A stretch of 64,000 bases of DNA. Source: Octopus bimaculoides (Eukaryota). The translations under genes and the position numbers were made by a program. The DNA lies in NCBI RefSeq assembly GCF_001194135.2, contig NC_068982.1, positions 93,969,611 to 94,033,610 on the forward strand, given 5' to 3'. Every line of letters begins with the position of its first letter. Within the stretch, counting starts at the first letter, position 1. Below the pieces are notes generated by a model, which worked only from the letters and a program-made list of their open reading frames with translations, did not search any database and had not been told where the DNA came from. This document shows positions 39,701 through 52,340 of this stretch, piece after piece.

Positions 39701-40560
39701 TCTATCGTTTCTGATATCTGGAGAGCTTACCTGCTACTGCTATGATACGCTGTTTCAATGCTTCTGTTATTATCCCAAATCCTTTCTTTTTGGCTAAGTA
39801 TCTTTTCTCGAGTGAAGATTTGTATCTTGTGTTTCCTAACATGTTTGCTTTTTAGGCTTCTGTTTTACTCACATCTTGTCTTAAAGTCTTCACTTTATTT
39901 TGTAGTCTCCTTTTCGACATTTGCTCTTTTTTAATCTTTCACTGTGAGATATCTAATCTTTTGATGACTACCACCCCTTTTGCATAGATCAATAAGTTAG
40001 TGTCTCCTATATTTTTAGTATCTATCCTACTGATAACAGAATCTACTTTCCTTGTCATTTCTAGCAGTTTCTTCCTGTTGGTGTCTTTTAATGCTGGCAA
40101 TCTTTTTCTTACTTCTTTACTCATTACTTCCTGCATCTCATCTAAAATCTTCTGATCTTCCCCACTTAAATCACTTAAGTCGTTGGTGCCAGTTGTCCCT
40201 TCCTTATTGGTAGCGCTATTATATTTTTCTTTTCGTTTAGGTTCTTCTTTGGTTTGAGCTGTATCTCTTATGTTGTTTGTCTTTCTCACTGCCTGGTCTT
40301 TCATTTCCAGTTCTCTTGTGATCTCTTCTACCTCCACTTCTGCCATTCACTTTCTTCTTCTAATAGTATTATCTTGATCAACTAATCTCTGCTCAGTCAA
40401 TTTAAACAAACATTTCTCTACCCAAAGTGTTCACATCCGTTTTCTATAGCCCCTTCTTTTATGTTCACTTTCTAAGTAACACTGCATCTCTGCCCTGATT
40501 TCTTTGTTGGTACACTTTCTCCTCCTTGCTCTATTGTGTGCTGATGCTGTTTTCGGCTGC
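36786..40560 (-). mobile_element. Near full-length R4/Dong-like non-LTR retrotransposon (element A), disrupted
   Basis: It has an N-terminal RRGYRKRM...LTEQRLVDQ, RT motifs [26 protein letters not shown] and INHLLYMDDL, the zinc knuckle CRVCKSKEESVAYIVSKC and the RLE RPDLVVVDKE...DFTFPND..K, then an (AAT)n tail. Confidence 0.93.
38281..38629. mobile_element. 349-bp solo LTR-like insertion in the RT of element A
   Basis: Termini TGTTGTATAGCG...CGCTTTACAACA match at 11 of 12 positions. Flanking 5-mers are TTAAG (38276-80) and TTAGG (38630-34). Removing it restores EIDSL-IQPVRLFSKD. Confidence 0.8.
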
Positions 40561-40774
40561 ATATGTATATACATATATATATATGCATATATATATATGC
40601 ATATATATATATGTATATATATATGTATGTATATATANNNNNNNNNNNNNNNNNNNNNNNNNNNNNNNNNNNNNNNNNNNNNNNNNNNNNNNNNNNNNNN
40701 NNNNNNNNNNNNNNNNNNNNNNNNNNNNNNNNNNNNNNNNNNNNNNNNNNNNNNNTATATATATATATATATAT

Positions 40775-40915
40775 TGCCTTCTTTTCAGTTTCAACCTGCC
40801 AAATGTACACAAGGCTTTGGTCGACCCGAGGCTATAGTAGAAGACACTTGCCCAAGGTGCCTCGCAGTGAGTCTGAGTGGTTGGGAAGCAAGTTTCTTAC
40901 CACCCAGCCACGCCT
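40775..40915 (-). mobile_element. SINE family 2, 5' half
   Basis: The reverse complement contains ggcaccttgggcaagtgtcttctactatagcctcgggtcgaccaaagccttg. Confidence 0.85.
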
Positions 40916-41746
40916 GCGTCTTTGTGGAGTAATCCCATAACATTTCGGTACCTCTCATAGATGAATACATACTGTATGTTAATTTATCAATGTCCATTTT
41001 CAAGTTTACTCACACCAAATGTTGCCACAGCTAGATATACAGAAGTTGCAAATATCTACTGAATTTACGCCAATTTTATTAATTTTACTTACATCATTAT
41101 TAAGCATTTACATATCAATTAAAGTAAATATTCTGCTGTTTACTCCATGGTTGGCATTTTGCCATGTATGAGGACATTCTTGATAGTTTATACTTGTCTC
41201 TAGGCCCGGTAGGTTTACTATAATGCATCACCTACCTTAAGCAATGACCTAATTGGCGTTTTGTTTAGCTTAATGAAATTGGATGCTATTTCTTCAGCAA
41301 CATTAAATTGTAGAATCAGAAATGACTCTGGACAGATACTTAAATCCTTCCCTTCAATCTGTCAGAGACAAAGAGTGTAAATAACTCCATGACACGTCAA
41401 TTTTACGACGTTTGTATCACAATAATTCATATTGATGTTACACATTTAGCTTCATCCCAAACATTGTGAGGAATTAATGCTATGTGGCAGAATTCGGTAT
41501 CCTCTAACCGATTCACAAAGATTTTATTAAAAAAAATTCTATTGCTGAATTAAGGCAAGTAAAAAAAAAGAAGAGAATCATTGATTCTTATAACAGCAAC
41601 AACAAAAAGAAAAAGAAAAAGTTAAATGTATATGCATATTTGTACATACATATGCATATATATACATACATACGTACATACATATATATAATACATGCGT
41701 ATGTATATATACATACATACATAAAAATACATACGTACAAACATAC

Positions 41747-41777
<31 letters not shown>

Positions 41778-42234
41778 CACAATGCATGAGCATATACATG
41801 TATACTCACACTCACGCACATGTATGTTTGTGGGTGGGTGTAGGCAGTAAGTTATTATTCTACTGCCAGATGGGTGCCGATGAAATGGTGGTCTTTTGTA
41901 TTATGTAAAGCACGAATTATGAATAAATTACTTTTCTAGTGAAACATATTTAGCGCGGATGGAACAGCTATTGTCCATTTATCTGCTTTATTATATTTCT
42001 TAATTGCATGACATGCGTAACTAATGTTACTATTGAGAGTAGAGTTGTGGAGTACCAGATATTAAATAATCGATCATAAATCTCGTGATGGAATGATAAA
42101 ATGAGAATATCATTAATTGATTAAGTTAGTTATAAATGATCCTACAGTGTAAACCGTTGGCCAGTTACATACTGGAAGGTATCGAGCTAATAACCACGAT
42201 CGATGATATCTGAACTAATTCACACAGACACACA

Positions 42235-42273
<39 letters not shown>

Positions 42274-42605
42274 ATATTTGGGACAAAATCCAAAATTACA
42301 GGTAAAAAACTCAATTAAAATCAATTTATAAAAAAATAAAATTAAATTGAGCCTTATAGATAAAGTATATATAAAATATATAGTTTTAGGGAAAATAACC
42401 AATTTTCAAGAACTCATCGATGAAAATCCACTATCACATATTGTGCTTTTAATTATTAANNNNNNNNNNNNNNNNNNNNNNNNNNNNNNNNNNNNNNNNN
42501 NNNNNNNNNNNNNNNNNNNNNNNNNNNNNNNNNNNNNNNNNNNNNNNNNNNNNNNNNNNNNNNNNNNNNNNNNNNNNNNNNNNNNNNNNNNNNNNNNNNN
42601 NNNNN

Positions 42606-42641
<36 letters not shown>

Positions 42642-42644
42642 TAA

Positions 42645-43245
42645 TTTCTTAAAATTAATACAGGATAGGAAAAATTATAGAATTTTTTTTCTACCAGTGG
42701 TGTAGCATGTATACAAAGTCAATAGACATATTTTTCATATAAAAATTAGTGTACATTTAAACTCAAAAGAGGTGAACCTTAACAGGTCGCCTTACATACT
42801 AGATGGAACAGTGAAAAAAATTCAAACCACAATAAAGAGCAATTTCGAAAGGAACGAAAAATAAAAACATTTACCATGTTTTACATACGGACCTTAGGTT
42901 TCGAACTTTAATTAGCAAATAAAATAATTTGCAAGGCGAAGTTCTCATCAACGGGTACACCAAACATTAACATATAAATTAGAGATAAAATAACACGTGT
43001 CTCATCCTTATATATTATAATTTTTTTAAATCCACCGCGCAAGCGCAGTTTCAATCGACAGCAAATAAAAATTCCCATTAAACTTCAGAGATTGCTAAAA
43101 TCCTTTCTTAAAATTAATATAGGGTAGGAAAAATTATAGAAATTTTTTTTTAAGGCCCACCTCTTTTGTGTTTAAATCTACACTAATTTCTATATGAAAA
43201 ATATGTCAATTGACTTTGTATGCATGCTAGGCCCCTGGTAGAAAA
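42645..43245. repeat. Non-coding element with a 45-bp direct repeat and ~95-bp inverted repeats
   Basis: Direct repeat at 42645-42690 and 43104-43150; inverted repeat at 42687-42781 and 43150-43245. Confidence 0.75.
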
Positions 43246-43249
43246 TATT

Positions 43250-43775
43250 TTTGAGAAAAGACATGGAAACATAGGGGGAATAATCCACTGAGAGTTATGC
43301 AGAAAGTTAGGATTTGATCAAACTGATAAGTGGTATAAACATGGACCTAGTAAAATGCTAGAAAGTTAGGAATAGGTGTTGTGGAATCTTAACATTCAGA
43401 CTGACAGGGTGATAGAAGCTACAAGGCCTGATTTAGTAGTAGTAGACAAAGAGATTAGTGCGAGGTAACTGACTTTACATTCTCGAATGATGAGGAAGTC
43501 AATATGAAAAATATAGAGAAAATAGCGAAGTACCAGGATCAGCCATTGAATTACAGTGGCTCTGGAAAGTGCGGGTAAAATGTATCCCAGTAGTATAGGT
43601 GCATAAGGAACCATTCCTAAAAATTTGAACTAATGAAGAGAGGAAGCAGGAATAAAACTTAGTATAGTGCAGCTCCAGAAGTCATTGTTATTAGGGGCAG
43701 CTTGGATACTTAGTAAGGTTCTTGGCATCTTAGGTTACTCTTTGTAGCTTGATATTAGGAATTTTTGGGATTTTC
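43250..43775 (+). mobile_element. R4/Dong-like LINE 3' end, same family as element A
   Basis: KRHGNIGGIIH*ELCRKLGFDQTDKWY, IQTDRVIEATRPDLVVVDKE and LQKSLLLGAAWILSKVLGI*. Confidence 0.88.
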
Positions 43776-44392
43776 CCTTTAGTTGGCACCCCAGGTTCAT
43801 TTTCCTAAGTACCAAGGTCAGGAGTATCATGCAGAGAACAAAAAAACAGCGAAGATAGGCTATCACCCTGGAAAATCCCATTTCTGATACCCAGGTTGCC
43901 CAAGCTCTTTCCATAAGATGTCAGTTCAGTTTTCCATCCCACCATACTTCTCTTCAGGAAACACGTTACATTCCTTGTAATTCCAAACTGATTTAAGCAC
44001 TCAATGGTCCACGAATGTTGAATCATATAAGTTTTGTGATAGTCAATCCAGGTCCTTCCCTGATTTGTTCTTCTTCGTTTACAATCTTGCATTACCATTT
44101 TGTCTATCAATAATTGATCTTTGGTACCTCTGCATCTCTTTCTACAGCCTTTTTGATCCGTCGATAATATATCGTTCTCGTCAAGAAATTTATACAGTTC
44201 TTCTGCAATTCTTCCTGACAGTAACTTCCACATTGGTGGGAAGCAGGAAATTGGTCTGTAATTGTCAGCAGCATTTCCCTTTGATGCATCTGTCAGGTAC
44301 AAAACCGTTCGTCCTTTTGTCAACCAGCCCGGGTTTCTTCTCCATTGATCAACGCATTAAATTGCACTGCGATCAATTTATGGTAACTACAA
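43776..44392 (-). mobile_element. R4/Dong-like LINE RT fragment (element D)
   Basis: WLTKGRTVL...[17 protein letters not shown]...[20 protein letters not shown]...GIFQGDSLS. Its 5' end abuts (GAA)n. Confidence 0.9.
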
Positions 44393-44562
44393 TTCTTCTT
44401 CTTCTTCTTCTTCTTCTTCTTCTTCTTCTTCTTCTTCTTCTTCTTCTTCTTCTTCTTCTTCTTCTTCTTCTTCTTCTTCTTCTTCTTCTAAATTCATTGA
44501 TAGTTTGTTGTGCATCTTTGTTGTGTAAGGTTTGCTCTCAGTTATTCAGCAAGAAGAGAATG
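44393..44562 (-). repeat. (TTC)n plus the 3' UTR end of a B-like element, cut by a gap
   Basis: ttcttctaaattcattgatag matches ttcttctaaattcattaatag at the 3' end of element B. Confidence 0.7.
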
Positions 44563-46999
44563 NNNNNNNNNNNNNNNNNNNNNNNNNNNNNNNNNNNNNN
44601 NNNNNNNNNNNNNNNNNNNNNNNNNNNNNNNNNNNNNNNNNNNNNNNNNNNNNNNNNNNNNNNNNNNNNNNNNNNNNNNNNNNNNNNNNNNNNNNNNNNN
44701 NNNNNNNNNNNNNNNNNNNNNNNNNNNNNNNNNNNNNNNNNNNNNNNNNNNNNNNNNNNNNNNNNNNNNNNNNNNNNNNNNNNNNNNNNNNNNNNNNNNN
44801 NNNNNNNNNNNNNNNNNNNNNNNGGGAGACTGCGAAACATTGCTTTTGGCTATTGTGTTTTATTTATTTACTAACTTTGCCAATTGGTAAAAATCATCAC
44901 GGCACTTTTCGCTTCATGCCTCAAGCAGTTCCCAGGTCATCTTGCCCTCCGAGCTTCGTTGATATTCTACAGGGAGAAAGTGAAGCATAACAAAAGTAAA
45001 AGCATGCCCACATTACGTGGGCATATATACAAAATCAACTCACAAACTTCAAATAGAAAATGAGGAATTCATTAGGATGTTGTGACGACAGAGAAATAAA
45101 AAAAAAAAACAACAGGTAATTACGATAATCTGGAAAAGAAACTTAGAAAGAGGAGATGCATAATGACCTTGATTAGCAGAATCGCTGGCTATTCGGTTAA
45201 AACATAGGTATTTGATATTAATTTATGTAACTTTAATTTCCGAGTTCAAATCTTACCCAGATCAAGTTTGACTTATCTCTTTCAATGATAGATAAAGTAA
45301 GCAGCAGACAGAATATTAGGGATGATAAATTGATCAAAACCTCCTAAAACTGTGCCTTAGCATAGCAGGCGTTCAACAATTGAAACCACCTAACGTATAG
45401 ATGAATATCTACGGAACACGACGAATTATTGATCTTAACGTTCAACTGAATTCAGAGACTTTTAAAAATTTTATTGTGTTATATTCTGGACAATGTTGCC
45501 TTAGACTTTGTAGAGGAAAAATGAAACTAAAAGGTTAATTATTTTTCGTTTAAATATAAAGATATAGCAAGTGATAAGTATTACTCGTTATATATTGGAG
45601 GCGTAAACGAGAGAAACAATAACCTGCAAATCTAAAAATGGTAATATTTTAAAGTTATATTCAATACGCAGTTTCTTTCAATAGTTTGATTTGTAGGAAG
45701 GAGGTGTTGCCAATAACATCACATACTCTCTGAGATAGGTGAGAACAATACAACTCATGTTTTTTAAACATTTGGAGGCCATCAATTTATAGGAAAAAAC
45801 ATAAAGAGGGAAGGAATTTCAGAGGGGTAAAGTTTTGAGCAAGGGAAGATGGGATAAATTAGAGTAGGATTTTGGGTGGAAAAGATATAATATTGGTGAT
45901 AAGAAGAAGAGAGAGGTGAATGAGTCAGGTTGGTTGAGTGAGGAGGTATAATATCCGCCAGATCTGAGGAGCAGAGGCCATTCTGATCGCAAAGTCAGAG
46001 TGAGGAAACAACACATCGGAAGGTTAGAGGTGAGAGACTATTGTTGAGTGACTGTGCCAATCTACCGTGTGACATTTTGGAGGGTTGCGACCTAGAATGT
46101 TCGTGCGTGTAGTAGTATTACCGGACAATATAACTGTTGGGAGCAGAAGTATTTTCTTCAGAGGATATTGCTTTGCTATAATGTAGAGGTATAATCACAA
46201 GCAGCATTCATTAGTGGTTGCGAGGCAGCACTAACAGGTTAATCATTAGTTTCGAAAGCTAATTACTCCAAAAGCGAGAAAGCATATTAACAACACGCAC
46301 AGGAAGAACGAGTCCCGATTGAAAAGAATTGGATCAGACACGAAATAACTAGGAGAGATCTAAGAATTCCCTATTTATTTTGAAATGAAAGAAAATGTGC
46401 TACTGATACTGAGTAAAGAATCTCATAGGAACAGATATAAATTCGACAACAAAAGGTATATTGAAGATAGAAGCAGGTTGTTAAGAAAAATTACCAAAGT
46501 GAGTAGATACTCTGAGTAAAGTATATAACTTACTAAATACCTTGGTATTTATATATAATTACATCGAGTGTTTAATATTATATTAAGTGTTTCAGTAAGG
46601 TCAAAGCGATGCCTTGATTATGAGATACCTGGTCGTCGTAGTAATTGCTTAATCCCAAATCCTCCCTGATCGAATCGATCTATTGTCAAAGAAATTCAAG
46701 CAATGACCATACTGTCTAACTAAGTTATGTATAATCTCTTCAGGTTAAATTAGATCGACAGGTATCTAGTATAAGTAAACGTTTAACTCAATGCTGGTGT
46801 TCTGGCTAAGAGATCTGTGTTGATAATCACAATCAAAAACAGTCTAGTAGAAGTAATAGTGATAAAGGAGTACATTATCTAATGTCTTTTTCCCTCGGTG
46901 GATTTTTTTCGAAGGAGTTAGAGTATCAAAGGATCAAAGGACGAAATATTCTTCCTGAGCCGGTTTTCCGGATTCTGTAGCATATTTATTCACCCTATC

Positions 47000-47185
47000 T
47001 TCCATTTGACGGGACGCTGGTCCGTCGCCGGATTACTCATTTTTGCCAGCTTCGTGGACTGGAGCAAAGTAAAAGGAAGTATTTTTGCTCAAGAACACAA
47101 TGCATCACTCGTCCAGGAATCGAAACTACAATCTTATGATCATGTGTGCAGCACCCTAACCATTAAACAACGCACCTCCGCATCT
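47000..47185 (-). mobile_element. tRNA-derived SINE, family 4
   Basis: The reverse complement starts gcggaggtgcgttgtttaatggttagggtgctg and has a B-box-like gtttcgattcctgg. Confidence 0.7.
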
Positions 47186-50100
47186 AGCAGTTTGAGTGAC
47201 TACCTATTGGTTTTTATCGTGTTGGTGTTGTTTTTCAGACCCAGGTCAACCTCGATAGAATACTTCTTATAAACAACATGGCTTCATGCTTCCCTCAGGA
47301 ACTGTATACTACATTGCTCAGGTAATGTCTCTTTTGTAAACGATGCAGTGTAATTTGATAGAGATTTTACTACTATTTCTCACAGGTGGACCATATTGGC
47401 TTGGAACCTAGATAAGGTGTTAGTCAGAAGCGTTATCACTAAAAGGCCACTGAATCGTATAGCGCACTAGTATATATGTATCATTTCAATATATAGTAAT
47501 TTATAACGTCAATGCTTAAATAAACAGCTACAAGAGAAAATTTATTATACTATTAAACATAAAGGGGGAATAAACAATTCTTACAATGAAGGAGACAAGC
47601 AAATGAATTACCAATCGATAACAGTTATGGACTTCTGGAAATTATAAATATCAATTTTTGTAGAATTAAAAACAAAAAACAAATGCATAACATACTATTA
47701 TGTAAAGTTGAGCCTAAAATACACAGGAAAGAAGTCAAGGTACAAAATATCATTTATTTATATGTGACAAATATATTGTAAGAAAATGTACATACTGAAA
47801 GAGATATAAATGAATCAGATTAATTTCAAGAAGTCAGGCATCACACTTAAGAATAATCAAAACCCCCGAAGTCTTGCGTTATTTCTAAACATCTAATCAG
47901 ACTTACTATATAAATTGATATTTATAAACATCTCACCTAAAGTATGACGTACGTTAATTTAGAAAACAATTTTTAGATTTGTAGTAATGATGACAAGTAT
48001 ATAATTGTAAACAGCCTTATCATTTCTTTTCATCATCGCTGTAATTGTTTTATAAGAGATATAACTTGAGATTGGAATTTTGTGTAAATTTAGGAAAGAA
48101 ATTTTGCTTTCAAGCTGTTGAATGTAAAAGCCAGTTTATCTATACACACAAGAGTTTTTAAAAATTTCTTTGAATAACATTAATATTTAAAATATTGATT
48201 TATCAAAGCAAAACTTACTGTGGATTTAAGTCAAGTATAAGAAGATTTAAAAAGAAATAGCAACATCTAGCAAAATAAATAATTTAACTGTAACAGAAGA
48301 GTTTCATGTTGAATTCAATTAGCGTATCTCCAAGAATTTGTTAATTTAATGAACATCATCTAAATGCTGTCTCTTTCCTTCTGAAGCCAGTGACAATCTT
48401 TGGTAAAACAAAGATTTTAAAATGAATATACCAATTTGGAAAGTTTCTATTCAACGACATTAAGTACGTGAACGCTTAAGTACGTGAATCACTACTTTTT
48501 GTAAAAAAGTATATTTTCATCAAAACAATGCAAGACAAAACTGCTTCAAATTTCAGATGAATACTCAATGCATTAGGCTTCCTGTTGTTTTGTTTAAAAT
48601 GTAGTATTATCTTGAAAGAGTGTTGTAACTTAATTTGACACATACTCCTACGTTCTAGAAAATCACTGAACACTGTTCAGCTATGAAAATGTAAGTCTAT
48701 GAACAGTAAAGTACAATTCTAAGACTAAAAACTAAAATATATGTAGCAAGATAATTGAAAATTTGAAATCGAATCATCTAAACTGTATATTCTAGTTTTT
48801 ATTATATTCCTTGTATAATTTCGTGGGAAAGCAAATTGCCTATAGCCAGTGGTCTAACGACGTTTTGGTCATTAAATGTAATACTATTTTAGGCGTAAAG
48901 ATATCCAAAATCCTTTTAATATCTATACTTGGTTAAATTCATATCTAAATATATTTCCGGCATATGCAAACTTCATCTGTTTAAGACTACATCTATTTTA
49001 TCGTTATTCAAAATTGTTTACTTTGAACTATATACGTATAACTTCCATATAATTAAAAAAAATATTCACTTTCCGCTAAAACCGTTCGCTTTAATTAAAT
49101 TTGTTTTTTTTTTCCGGAGTATTTCAACTGACATAAATCGTTTATTCATTTTTCTGTGAAATGACCTCACGGCTTTACTCCAACCACCCGTTACTGTAAC
49201 ATAAGAACAGAATACTTTATAACTTCACTTTAATTTCTTGCTAAACGCTCTGATGATATTTGCATAATAAATTTAACTATTATATTCTATTTCCTTTTCT
49301 ATATCAATGAAAATGTAATAGACATTTAATCTGTGATTTTAAGCTAATTCAACTTCGTCATTCTAGGTATAATTTATTTCTATTATTTCTTTAATAAAAA
49401 AAATCATTATATCTCCAATTTTCCTTCGAATATTTCTAACTCTAATTTTCACGTATCGTAATTTAAACGGTATTCATATAAAAACGAATTAACTTGCATA
49501 TTTCAACGAATGAAAATTCATTAGTTTTATGAATAAAACCATTTATTTCTTTTATAATAAACCAAATAGATTTTAAAAAATCCGCAACATACAGCTGAAT
49601 TTGAGAGACGTGTANNNNNNNNNNTGGTATATAATTGATAGTATAAAGCTATCTTCAGCCGCAAATATATTCTTTCCAAAGAATTATATCACAAAGAAGA
49701 TATTAAAATAGGGAGAAACATGAGAGATAAAAGGTGAGATTCCACTTGGTATTGTCCATTGTAATATACCTCGTACAATCTTTAATTTGATATATTTACA
49801 TAAAAGTTCATCGGTACTCCGAAATCTGACCATATTGTGCCACAATTCAGTGTAGAGTGAATGTTAAATTAACAATACTAGCTTATATTAGCTAGAAGGA
49901 GAGCGTCAAGAGAGGGAAGAAGATGGCGGTTAAAACAATATTAAAAAAAAAAAAAATAAAGTAATATAAAATAAAATAAGGAAAATAAAATACTAAGAAG
50001 AAAAATACACAGATATTCATACAAAAATAATAGAAGTCAAATCGGTGGGGAGGGTAATCTAAGAAACAATAAGAGAAAATCTGGATAGTAAAGTAAGATA

Positions 50101-50256
50101 CATCTAAGCTATTTAGACGGGTTGGAGAAGGGTGGTGAAACATAAAAATTAAAGGAATAAAATAACATAGTTAAAATGCAGTGGGGATAAGAGAAAAATC
50201 TAAATGTAGAAAAAGAAGATAAATAAAGATAGATAAAGAGATCTTGGGAAAGAATA

Positions 50257-50346
50257 TATTTGCGGCTGAAGATAGCTTTATACTATCAATTATATACCAA
50301 TAATGATGCAACAACTATAAAACTTGAAACACGTGTACTGCAGAAT
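50257..50346 (+). ncRNA. Minimal type I hammerhead ribozyme motif
   Basis: tttgcgg-CTGAAGA-T-AGCTTTATA...TATAAAACT-T-GAAAC-ACGT-GTA-ctgcaga. The core is intact, stem III is palindromic, the triplet is GUA and stem I pairs. Confidence 0.75.
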
Positions 50347-51197
50347 CTTTTGTGTTTTGCTTTTATTTTTACATTTCCAATTTATTCTTTCACCGTGTAT
50401 GCCACGATCTGGCATACACATGTGCTTACAATTATCAAGTATTACCTCTNNNNNNNNNNNNNNNNNNNNNNNNNNNNNNNNNNNNNNNNNNNNNNNNNNN
50501 NNNNNNNNNNNNNNNNNNNNNNNNNNNNNNNNNNNNNNNNNNNNNNNNNNNNNNNNNNNNNNNNNNNNNNNNNNNNNNNNNNNNNNNNNNNNNNNNNNNN
50601 NNNNNNNNNNNNNNNNNNNNNNNNNNNNNNNNNNNNNNNNNNNNNNNNNNNNNNNNNNNNNNNNNNNNNNNNNNNNNNNNNNNNNNNNNNNNNNNNNNNN
50701 NNNNNNNNNNNNNNNNNNNNNNNNNNNNNNNNNNNNNNNNNNNNNNNNNNNNNNNNNNNNNNNNNNNNNNNNNNNNNNNNNNNNNNNNNNNNNNNNNNNN
50801 NNNNNNNNNNNNNNNNNNNNNNNNNNNNNNNNNNNNNNNNNNNNNNNNNNNNNNNNNNNNNNNNNNNNNNNNNNNNNNNNNNNNNNNNNNNNNNNNNNNN
50901 NNNNNNNNNNNNNNNNNNNNNNNNNNNNNNNNNNNNNNNNNNNNNNNNNNNNNNNNNNNNNNNNNNNNNNNNNNNNNNNNNNNNNNNNNNNNNNNNNNNN
51001 NNNNNNNNNNNNNNNNNNNNNNNNNNNNNNNNNNNNNNNNNNNNNNNNNNNNNNNNNNNNNNNNNNNNNNNNNNNNNNNNNNNNNNNNNNNNNNNNNNNN
51101 NNNNNNNNNNNNNNNNNNNNNNNNNTATATATATATATATATATATATATATGCATGTATGTATTATGTATGTGTGTATAAACATATACATACACAC

Positions 51198-51264
<67 letters not shown>

Positions 51265-51844
51265 AGTATGTATATGAGAAACATAAATAATTAGTTTTTC
51301 TTCAACTTAACTTGACGTCCAAAAATGGCATTGAGAACTTACCAATCATTCCTATTGGTTGAGAAATTACACTGAGGGCTCTGGTGACAATTCAGTTGTT
51401 ATTTTGTTCTTACAATGTATTTTTATTATGTAGAGGAACCATTAAATGCCGAACAGTGTTGCTATGACGTTGATGCGGTGTAAATATGAAGGATATCACA
51501 AATGCTGACAAATTTTGTGTTACGCGTTAATATGATATTTATGAAATATTGCAAATCAATATTTTAATATTGGAAATCAATGACATTCATGAAAGCTAAT
51601 CGGCGTGTATTTCATATTGTGATTATAGGCTGTGTTCACCAGTCGACGAAGAAGTCTCAAAGCTGTTGCTCAATCTGCTAGAAATAGAAACCAAATTCTC
51701 TTCTACTCTCTTGTTACCATCTCTAAGATAAAATAAACGACACAGAAGATAATGTTGTCTCGGATAAATTTTCTGAAAATGGGATAGAATAGACATGACC
51801 AAAACGCATTAATAATAGATCTGTCTGATCAGAGCTAATCTGGG

Positions 51845-51909
<65 letters not shown>

Positions 51910-51910
<1 letters not shown>

Positions 51911-52340
51911 ATTAAAAACGTAAAATTAAAACAGAACACAAAGGATTCCGTGGTACACGTGTTTCAAGCTTTATATACAAACAGTCGTTTCATCATTATA
52001 TGAGTATATAATTGATAGACAGGATGGTTTAAAGCTATCTTCAGCCGCAAATATATTCCGTCCCAAGATTATATCACAAAGAAGAAATCACAAAGAAAAA
52101 AATCATAAAGAAAAAAGAAAAAGAGAGAGAAACAGGCGAGAGAAACAGCGAAAGTTCACTTGGTATTATCCATTGTAATATCTATTGTAATATGGTTATC
52201 CTTTAAATTGCTACATTTACATAAAAGTTCATTGGTATTCAGAAATCTGTCCATATTGCACCACACATTTTTAATATATTCTTTCACCTCGGCCACTATC
52301 TGGCATATACAGGTGCTTACAATTATCAAGTATTATCTCT
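51910..52340 (-). mobile_element. About 430-bp PLE-terminus or retrozyme-like repeat carrying a hammerhead at 51944-52052
   Basis: The reverse complement reads gcgg-CTGAAGA-T-AGCTTTA...TAAAGCT-T-GAAAC-ACGT-GTA. It is homologous to the pieces at 49625-49830 and 50240-50449. Confidence 0.75.
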
